From: an uncultured Gemmatimonadaceae bacterium
GTDB taxonomy: Bacteria > Gemmatimonadota > Gemmatimonadetes > Gemmatimonadales > Gemmatimonadaceae
Length of the DNA stretch: 64,000 nucleotides
Assembly: GCA_963781585.1 (NCBI GenBank)
Contig: CAWAGQ010000010.1
Coordinates: 96,001-160,000, forward strand
Direction of reading: 5' to 3'
Part shown: piece by piece, positions 56,658-64,000 of the stretch
How the letters are laid out: each line of letters opens with the position of its first letter
Numbering within the stretch: position 1 is the first letter of the stretch
Notes under the pieces: generated by a model
Seen by the model: only the letters and a program-made list of their open reading frames with translations
Told to the model about the DNA's origin: nothing
Databases searched by the model: none
Made by a program: the position numbers and the translations under genes

Positions 56658-58631
56658 GTGAAGAAGTCCCTCCTCCTCGCCACGCTGGTCGTGGTCGCGT
56701 GCGACCGGACGCCGACCGGAACCGCGCCGCCGGAAGCCAAGAGCCTGATCGTGATCACACCGCAGTCGGTGCTGGTCGTGAACGGGTCAGTGCAGCTCGC
56801 CGCTCGGGTCTTCGATCAGGACGCGAAGGCGATTCCGGGTGTGGCGGTCACCTGGGAGAGCCTGCAGCCGTCGGTGGCTACCGTCACCACATCCGGTCTG
56901 GCGACCGGTGTGTCGGTCGGGATGGTGACGGTCCGGGCGACAACGGCAGGGGGCATTTCCGGACAGGCAACCCTGACCGTGGATCCGGATCCCTGTACTA
57001 CGCCGCTCGACCTCCAGGTGGGGGAGGTACGGCAACTCAGCGGTCCGGCAGCTGTCGCGTGCATCACCCTGGCCCCCACCACTGCCTCGACCGACTTCCT
57101 GTTCGTGACGGCCAACGCGGATCAGGGGATGGATCAACTGGCATTCTACTCGGTGAATCTGGCACAGCAGGCCGGGGCCGTCGCGTCAGCGGGATCGGCA
57201 TCACTGGATGCATCCGATCCCCAGGCGATTCTCCAGTCACCGGGCTCGGACTACCCACGCATCATGGACGGACGCATCCGTGCGCAGGAGCGCGCGGCCT
57301 TTCCACGTCTGCGCGGGATCCGCACCGAGGTCGCGCCTTCCTATGGCGCGAACGCGGACCTGCTCGTTGCGCCGCCGTCGGCAGGCGACACGCTCATGTA
57401 CCGCGTCCCCGACATCCACGCTGCCGATCTCTGCGCCACCTACACGACCGTTCGCGGCGTCGTGAAGTACGTGAGCCAGCACGGGGTCTTCGTGCAGGAC
57501 GCAAACGCGCCCACTGGCGGCTTTGCCGCCCAGGACTACACGGACATCGCGACGGAATGGGAGAGCCTCATCTTCCCGACTGACACGATGTACTTCGGTG
57601 CTCCCACCGACCGGAATCAGGACGGGCACATCACGATTCTCTATACGCCGGTGGTGAACAAGGCCACACCGCAGGGAAAGCCAGGCGGCTACATCGCCGG
57701 CTTCTTCTGGGGCGGAGACCTGGTAAAGAAGACCGAGTATCAGCAGATCAACCAGTCGTGTCCGCAGACGAACGAGCAGGAGATCTTCTACATGCTCGTT
57801 CCTGATCCGAGCGGCACGGTGAACAGCAACGTGTTCACCGTGGAGACCGTGAAGCAGAACACGCGCGGGACGGTGGCGCACGAGTTCCAGCACATGATCA
57901 ACCAGGGGCTCCGTCTGCTCAATCCGGCGGTCGACAGCAGCGAGACGATCTGGCTCAACGAGGGGCTCTCGCACTTCGCCGAGGAAATCGTGGGCCGCGC
58001 CTTCCGCGGGTTCGGTGACTTCCAGAACCTCTCCTTCCATGACGTGAATCCCAACCCGAGTTCGCAGAACGACTACCTGGCCTTCTTCCGCGAGAACCTC
58101 CTCCGGCTCCGTCCCTGGATGGCGCGCCCCGACACCTCATCTCCGATATCGGTCAAAGCGCGCGATCAGCTCGCGCCGCGGGGCGCGGCCTGGATGCTCC
58201 TGCGATACCTCACCGATCACGTCAGCAATGGCAACGCGAAGGCCTTCCTTCGGCACATCGTAGCGGGTCCGGACATCGGAGTGCGGAATCTGGTGCAGTG
58301 GTCGAACGGTGCGCAGTTCGACGACATGCTGCGGGGCTTCCTCGTCAGCATGTACACCGACGAGACGGGCGTGCCCGGTCTGTCGGCGCAGTACGCGGTG
58401 CCCAGCTGGAACATCCGCGACGTCATGCAGTCGGTGAACAGCGGCATTTTCCCGTTGCTGGTGACCTCACTGCCCAGCGCCATCAGCACCCAGTCGCTTT
58501 CAGGGTCCGGGAACTACTTTCGTCTCACGCGGCAGAGCGCGTCGCCCCAGGCGACGTTTCGCATGACCGCCGCTGGCGGCGCGCCCGTGACGTTCGCCGG
58601 AGCGCGGGTGTATGTCGTGCGCCTGAACTGA
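56658..58631 (+). CDS. Lipoprotein with Ig-like (Big_2) domain and gluzincin metallopeptidase domain
   Basis: VVAC lipobox; VTWES..PSVATV...G; HEFQH followed by WLNEGLS. Confidence 0.8.
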   Translation: MKKSLLLATLVVVACDRTPTGTAPPEAKSLIVITPQSVLVVNGSVQLAARVFDQDAKAIPGVAVTWESLQPSVATVTTSGLATGVSVGMVTVRATTAGGISGQATLTVDPDPCTTPLDLQVGEVRQLSGPAAVACITLAPTTASTDFLFVTANADQGMDQLAFYSVNLAQQAGAVASAGSASLDASDPQAILQSPGSDYPRIMDGRIRAQERAAFPRLRGIRTEVAPSYGANADLLVAPPSAGDTLMYRVPDIHAADLCATYTTVRGVVKYVSQHGVFVQDANAPTGGFAAQDYTDIATEWESLIFPTDTMYFGAPTDRNQDGHITILYTPVVNKATPQGKPGGYIAGFFWGGDLVKKTEYQQINQSCPQTNEQEIFYMLVPDPSGTVNSNVFTVETVKQNTRGTVAHEFQHMINQGLRLLNPAVDSSETIWLNEGLSHFAEEIVGRAFRGFGDFQNLSFHDVNPNPSSQNDYLAFFRENLLRLRPWMARPDTSSPISVKARDQLAPRGAAWMLLRYLTDHVSNGNAKAFLRHIVAGPDIGVRNLVQWSNGAQFDDMLRGFLVSMYTDETGVPGLSAQYAVPSWNIRDVMQSVNSGIFPLLVTSLPSAISTQSLSGSGNYFRLTRQSASPQATFRMTAAGGAPVTFAGARVYVVRLN

Positions 58632-58653
58632 CGGTGGTTGGTGACCCGGCCGA

Positions 58654-58717
58654 TGGCCTTTGACCTTTGGTCTTTGGGCCCATGCCCTTTGGCGTCTGAC
58701 CCTTGGCCTTTGGCCTG
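58654..58717. repeat. Degenerate heptamer tandem repeat, consensus TGGCCTT, about 9 units
   Basis: tggcctt tgacctt tggtctt tgggccc (a) tgccctt tggcgtc tgaccct tggcctt tggcctg. Confidence 0.7.
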
Positions 58718-58723
58718 ACTCTT

Positions 58724-61292
58724 CTAGACCTCCCTCAACGCCGCCATCGGCGTTTCGCGGAACACGTCACGCCCCGCCAGCAGCCCGATCGTGACCGTCA
58801 GCGTCAGGAGGGCCCCGGCGATCACCAGCGCCGGGAGCGTTGCCGGGTGGAACGGGCGCTCGAAGACGTAGCGCATCAGCAGCCACGCGCCGCCAAATGA
58901 CAGCAGCATGCCGGCCAGGCTGCCGAGAATGCCGAGCAGCGCGTACTCACTGAAGAGAATGCGCGAGATCTGCCGCCGCGTCGCGCCAAGCGTCTTGAGC
59001 AGAACTCCCTCGCGGACGCGCTCGCGTCGCGTGGCCGATACGGCGCTGAACAGCACCGGAACCGCCATCGCCAGGCTGAAGATGGCGAGAAAGCGAATGG
59101 CGAGTGTGGCCCGACCGGAGATCTGCGAAATGGTCCGCCGCACGAGCGACAGATCGACGCTCGCCACGTTCGGGTAGCGCCGGACGATATCGCGCTGCAG
59201 CACGCCAACGGTGGTATCGTTCACCGTGCGCACGAGCACCGCGAACATCTTGGGCGCCTGCTCCAGCGCGGCCGGCTCGAATACCGCGAAGAAGTTGGGC
59301 TCGAAGCGCTGCCAGTTCACCTCGCGCAGACTGGTCACGACGGTGGGCACCATCACGCCCTGCACGTTCCAGGTGACGGTGTCCCCGGGGGCCACGTGGA
59401 GTGAAGTCGCGACGTCGCGATCGAGGGAAACCTCGTACGGCGGCTGCCGCCTGCCCGCCGCAGGGGCCGGGAACCACCTCCCCGCGACCAGAGTCTCGGT
59501 TGACGTGAGGTTGTCGCGATAGGTCGAGCGGTACTCGCGGCGATACGCCCACGAGTCGCGCCGACGCCCCGAGTCGCCGATGATATCGGCGGTCATGCGT
59601 CCGTTGATCGACGCGATGCGCATGGTGACGATCGGTACGCGTTCGATTTCATCACTTGCGGTGCCGGCGATGATCGAATCGACCCCCGCTACCTGATCGT
59701 CCTGCACGTCGAAGAAGACCAGATTGCCACGCGCCTCGAACTCCAGCTGCCGGAACTGCGACAGCAGATTTCCCTGGACGAGGAACAGCGTGGTGACGAG
59801 AAAGGCGCCGAACCCCAGCGAGAGCACGACGCTCCGGGTCTGGTTCCCGGGCCGATAGAGATTGGCGACGCCCTGCCGGACTACATAGGGCCAGCCGCCG
59901 CGCAGCGCCCTCCGGGCCACGAGGGCAAGCACATAGGCGCTCACCGCCAACAGCATCAGGGCGCCGGCAATAGCCGCGCTGAAGCCGAGGGTCTCCAGCG
60001 CCGAACGTGATCGGGTGGCGGCAAGCCCGAATACCGACGCGGCGATGATGAGATTCACCGCCAGCCGGGGTGAATCGCGCCAGGCCTGACGAAACGGGGC
60101 CGGATCCTCGTTGCGCCGCAGCGCCTGCAGCGGCGAAACGCGTCGCAGTGCAATCAGCGGGCGCAGCGCGAACGCGAGCGCGATCCAGACACCCAACAGC
60201 ACACCCATCCCGATGGCCCGGGGTTCCGGCCGCACCACCACGTCGACCGGGAGCAGACCGCGGACCAGCCCGGGTAGCAGAAACTGCACCCCCACTCCCA
60301 GGGCCGCGCCCATCGCCGCGCCGAAGAGGCCCATCACGGCGGCCTGCGAGATGTAGATGATCATGCACCTGGCGGGTGGTCGCGCCCAGGCAGCGGAATA
60401 CCGCCACCGTGTCGATCTTGCGCATGACCCAGGCGTGCACGCCGCTCGCCACGCCCACCCCGCCGAGCAGGAGCGCCACGATGCCCACCAGCCCGAGGAA
60501 ATTTGACAGCAGCTCGATCCCGGACGTCAGGTTCGATTCCATCCGCGACAGCGTACTCGCCCGGATGCGCTCGCGTTCGAGCATTGGCCGCAGCGATTGC
60601 ACGAGTTTCGTCGGGTCGCCGGACGACACACGGGCGTACATCTCGAAGTCGGCGCGGCTTCCCGTGACCAGGAGGCGGGTGTCCGCGAGATAGCGCTCGG
60701 GGATATAGATGGTGGGGCCGAGCACGGTGGTAAATCCCTGGCGCACGGGCGCATTCTCCACGGCGGCAAGGAGCTCGAACTTCACGTAGCCGATGGCGAC
60801 CGAGTCGCCCGGCACGGCATCGAGGGCGGTGAACAATGCCGGTTCGGCGATGGCATGGCGCCCCTGCTGGAGCTGGGCCCAGCGTCCGGGCGGCGCGGTG
60901 GTGATGTCGCCGTAGAGCGGATACCCCTCGCCGACGGCGCGGACCTGCGCCAGACGGGTGCGGCCCGTGCGCGACGCGAGGGCCATCGACACGAATGTCG
61001 TGGCGCGGGTGACGGTCACGCCCTGCGCCGTGAGCGTCCGGCGCAGGGTGTCGGTGACCGGGCTCCAGCCCTGCCGGGCATCGAAGACGATGTCGCCGCC
61101 GAACAGCGAGCGCGACTGCTCGCGGACCGAGCGGATGATGTTGGCGGCGAACGAGTCGATCGCGACCAGCGCCGCGACGCCTAACGAGATCGACGACATG
61201 TACAGCAGCAGCCGGCGCCGCGCGGTGCGCGATTCGCGCCAGGCCAGCGACAGCAGCGGCGGACGCCGCCCGGATTGTGCGGGCGCGGTCAC
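58724..61292 (-). CDS. YbbP-like ABC transporter permease split by apparent +1 frameshift near 60365
   Basis: N-half LAWRESR...FRCLGATTRQV and C-half MIIYISQ...LKTLGA form one FtsX-type permease; junction reads GTG C ATG ATC. Confidence 0.8.
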
Positions 61293-62029
61293 CGACCGCG
61301 ATCCCCACCGGACGTCGCGGTGAGGGTCTCGTCCGCCGGCGAGCCGGCCGCCAGCGCACCGTTCGCCCGGTCCTCCACCACCGCGCCATCGGCCAGCCGC
61401 AGCAGGCGCGTCGCCCGCTCGGCCAGCATCAGATCATGGGTCACCAGCACCACCGTGGATCCCGACTCGCGATTCAGATCGACGAGCAGTGCGACGATGC
61501 GGGCGCCGGTCGCCCCATCGAGGTTGCCGGTCGGCTCGTCGGCGAACAGGATCTTCGGCCGGTTGGCGAACGCGCGGGCGATCGCCACCCGCTGCTGCTC
61601 CCCGCCGGACAACTGGGCCGGGAAGTGATGGAGGCGGTCCTGCAATCCCACCCGTTCGAGTACCTCGCGGGCACGGGCCGGCGCGCCCGCCTCTCCGCGC
61701 AGCTCCAGGGGCACCTGCACATTCTCCAGGCCCGTGAGCGTTGGGATAAGTTGAAAGGTCTGAAAGACAAACCCGACCTTCTCCCCGCGCAGGCGGGCAC
61801 GGTCGTCCTCGCTCAGGACCGTGAGGTCGGCACCGTCGAGCATCACGCGGCCGCGCGTGGGAGAATCGAGTCCTGCCAGGAGCCCGAGAAGTGTGGTCTT
61901 GCCGCTGCCAGACGGTCCGACGATCGCCACGAATTCCCCCTGCGGAACTGCGAAGCTCACGCTGCGTACGACGGTCAGGCGGTTCGATCCGCTGTCGAAT
62001 TCCTTGGTCAGATTCTCTGCAACCAACAT
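61289..62029 (-). CDS. ABC transporter ATP-binding protein, YbbA/LolD-like
   Basis: GPSGSGKT, LSGGEQQRV, ADEPTGNLD, VTHD. Confidence 0.92.
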   Translation of the reverse strand: MLVAENLTKEFDSGSNRLTVVRSVSFAVPQGEFVAIVGPSGSGKTTLLGLLAGLDSPTRGRVMLDGADLTVLSEDDRARLRGEKVGFVFQTFQLIPTLTGLENVQVPLELRGEAGAPARAREVLERVGLQDRLHHFPAQLSGGEQQRVAIARAFANRPKILFADEPTGNLDGATGARIVALLVDLNRESGSTVVLVTHDLMLAERATRLLRLADGAVVEDRANGALAAGSPADETLTATSGGDRGR

Positions 62030-62867
62030 GAGTCGTCGCGTAGCCGTGGCTGTGGCCGTGGTGGTCGTCCCGCTCCTTGTCGCTTGTGCCGGACGTGGGT
62101 CCAACAAAGATACCTCGAAGAGCGGGTCAGAGGCCGGAGGCCAGAGTCCGGAAGGCCAGGGAGCAGGAGGCCAAACGCCGCAGGGGCAGTCCTCCGCAGT
62201 GGGAGATTCGGCACGCGTGGCGCGCCTCACGCCGCATCCGACGCCCGTCCCCCGCATGCCCGACTCGCTCGACGCGGCCGTCGGTGCCGCCGCCGATACG
62301 TCGCGACCCGTCGCGCTCATCGTCGGTACCTCGCTCACCGCGGGGCTGGGGCTCGATCCCGATCAGGCCTATCCGGAAATGCTGCAACGCAAGGCGGATT
62401 CGTCAGGTTTCAACGTGCGTATCGTGAACGCCGGATTGAGCGGAGAGACGTCGGCGGGCGCCCTGCGCCGCATCGACTGGTTGCTTCAGCAGCGCGCCGA
62501 CCTCGTGATGATCGAGACCGGAGCCAACGACGGTCTGCGAGGCGTCAACGTCGATTCGAGCCGCGCGAACCTGCTCGCGATCGTGCGCAAGGTGCACGCG
62601 GCGAAGCCGTCGGCACTCGTCTTCGTGGCGCAGATGGAGGCGCCACCGAACCTCGGTGCGGACTACACGTCGCGGTTCCATGAGACGTTTCCGACCGTGG
62701 CGCGCGAGGGTGGGGCCGCACTGGTGCCGTTCCTGCTCGACGGCGTAGCCGGCGTGCCGAGCCTCAACCAGGGTGACGGCATTCACCCGAATCTCGAGGG
62801 CGAACGCATCGTGGCAGACAACGTCTGGCGGGCCCTCGCCCCGGCGCTCGCCCGCCTGGGTCGGTAG
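62028..62867 (+). CDS. tesA: TesA-like SGNH arylesterase/acyl-CoA thioesterase, lipoprotein
   Basis: LVAC lipobox; GTSLTAG, NAGLSGETS, GANDGLRG, DGIHPN; divergent from ybbA-like gene. Confidence 0.82.
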   Translation: MSRRVAVAVAVVVVPLLVACAGRGSNKDTSKSGSEAGGQSPEGQGAGGQTPQGQSSAVGDSARVARLTPHPTPVPRMPDSLDAAVGAAADTSRPVALIVGTSLTAGLGLDPDQAYPEMLQRKADSSGFNVRIVNAGLSGETSAGALRRIDWLLQQRADLVMIETGANDGLRGVNVDSSRANLLAIVRKVHAAKPSALVFVAQMEAPPNLGADYTSRFHETFPTVAREGGAALVPFLLDGVAGVPSLNQGDGIHPNLEGERIVADNVWRALAPALARLGR

Positions 62868-63035
62868 CGCGGGCTGCTGGCCACCGATGCCTGGTGCGCC
62901 GTGACGACTCGTCGCGTGCGTTGGGTTCTGAGAGTCTTGGCCAGCCGGAGGACTTGAATTCGAATTGCAAAGCACGTAAGCTTAACGGCTGTTTCGACTT
63001 AGGCCGCTTTTCAACCACAATCAGGATTTTGCAGG

Positions 63036-63602
63036 ATGGCAATTCCAGCTACCCAGATTCGTCGTGGGATGGTGCTCGTCTTCGACGGAGATCCATGCCG
63101 CATCGTCGAGTTTCGTCACCACACGCCCGGCAACCTGCGCGCGATGGTGCAGGCCAAGCTCAAGAACCTCCGGACCGGATCCAATTTCGAGCATCGGTTT
63201 CGCGCTGACGACTCCGTCGAAAAGGCGTCCATGGAGACGCACGAGCTGGAATTCCTGTACCAGTCGGGCGAGCTGTACCACTTCATGAACACGGAGAACT
63301 ACGACCAGCTCGAGATGGACACGGAGACGCTGGGAGACTACGCCCAGTGGATGGTGCCGAACATGCGGATCATGGCCGAGTTCTATGACGGGCGACCGAT
63401 CGGCATCACGCTTCCGGGCGCGCTCACCTTCGAGATCGTGGATACGTCGCCGGTGATGAAGACGGCCACGAAGACGGCATCGTTCAAGCCGGCGACGCTG
63501 GAGAACGGTGTCACGATCAACGTGCCGGAGTTCGTGCCCGCCGGCGTGCGGGTGCGGGTCAACCCGAATACCGGGGAGTACCTCGATCGCGCGAAGGACT
63601 GA
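63036..63602 (+). CDS. efp: Elongation factor P
   Basis: KOW-OB-OB pattern; FLY...YHFMNTENYDQ; KPATLENG...VPEF...NTGEYL. Confidence 0.95.
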   Translation: MAIPATQIRRGMVLVFDGDPCRIVEFRHHTPGNLRAMVQAKLKNLRTGSNFEHRFRADDSVEKASMETHELEFLYQSGELYHFMNTENYDQLEMDTETLGDYAQWMVPNMRIMAEFYDGRPIGITLPGALTFEIVDTSPVMKTATKTASFKPATLENGVTINVPEFVPAGVRVRVNPNTGEYLDRAKD

Positions 63603-63661
63603 CGAGCTCGCGCGCCTGGCGAACGCTCGGCGCGCGACCGGGGAGTGGCTGGACACGCTGG

Positions 63662-63690
63662 TTGATAACGGGATTTTGCACGTATAGGTT
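63662..63690 (+). promoter_or_regulatory. Possible sigma70 promoter for the tRNA genes
   Basis: TTGATA-17 nt-TAGGTT. Confidence 0.3.
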
Positions 63691-63781
63691 GCGTGGCTTC
63701 GCGCGCGGAGGGATGCGCCACGGTGCGCGCGGACAACGACCTGGATGGCGGCGCCGGGTACGCCAGGCCGTGGTTGTTCAT

Positions 63782-63856
63782 GGTGACTGTAGCTCAATCG
63801 GTTAGAGCACCGGACTGTGGCTCCGGGGGTTGCGGGTTCGATTCCCGTCAGTCACC
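63782..63856 (+). tRNA. tRNA-His (GUG)
   Basis: G-1 plus GTGACTG/CAGTCAC acceptor stem, C discriminator; CCGGA-CT-GTG-GC-TCCGG arm; GTTCGATT T-loop; CCA not encoded. Confidence 0.95.
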
Positions 63857-63947
63857 CTGGGGAGTCGAGGGGTAGCGGTGGTGGGAGCAGGAATGCGCGA
63901 TGGCGTCTGCGCGCCTGGGTGTCATTCCGCGCATCCGGAGCGACGAT

Positions 63948-64000
63948 AGGTCGGTAGCTCAACTGGTAGAGCACTGGTCTCCAAAACCAGCGGTTGGGGG
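63948..64000 (+). tRNA. tRNA-Trp (CCA), truncated by the window end
   Basis: AGGTCGG-TAGCTCAACTGGTAGAGC; CTGGT-CT-CCA-AA-ACCAG anticodon arm. Confidence 0.9.

Noticed and set aside
62993..63021. Possible efp promoter TTCGAC-17-CACAAT
   Set aside because: Weak consensus match; cannot be supported without TSS data.
1..64000. Many long overlapping ORFs (e.g. 3429-5426+, 9203-11782+, 30482-31987-, 61277-62683+)
   Set aside because: Arg/Pro/Ala-rich shadow frames of well-supported genes, expected at this GC content; no motifs.
1..64000. CRISPR array, IS/transposase, prophage or integrase
   Set aside because: No repeat-spacer pattern and no recombinase or phage-like ORF; the DNA upstream of the tRNAs is ordinary housekeeping sequence.

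Overview
High-GC bacterial chromosomal window of about 55 genes; gene content and protein style suggest Gemmatimonadota (inference only). No CRISPR array, integrase, transposase or rRNA was seen. Main blocks in order: (1) 5'-truncated M14 peptidase and a hybrid kinase; (2) Tat-exported DsrE-like protein divergent from a soxCD-like pair; (3) a divergent seven-gene lipid cluster (14163-20940) encoding an alpha-oxoamine synthase/SPT-like enzyme, a lysine-free acetoacetate-decarboxylase-fold protein, a DAG/sphingosine kinase, a Zn dehydrogenase, a PlsC-like acyltransferase, a Tam41-like nucleotidyltransferase and a CDP-alcohol phosphotransferase, which looks like a non-canonical phosphosphingolipid pathway; (4) a complete ccmABCDEFGH operon directly upstream of a 9-heme lipoprotein, a beta-barrel and a 16-heme cytochrome, a candidate porin-cytochrome extracellular electron conduit; (5) a DosR-regulon-like low-oxygen/stress block (CBS protein, P1B-5 ATPase, USP, Acg-like, NarL-type two-component system, FixL-like PAS kinase, PNPOx-like); (6) housekeeping genes, a ybbP/ybbA/tesA-type module, efp with an Asn loop tip, tRNA-His and a truncated tRNA-Trp. 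Two genes carry single-base frameshifts that may be sequencing errors. All family calls come from motif recognition by eye; no database searches were run.
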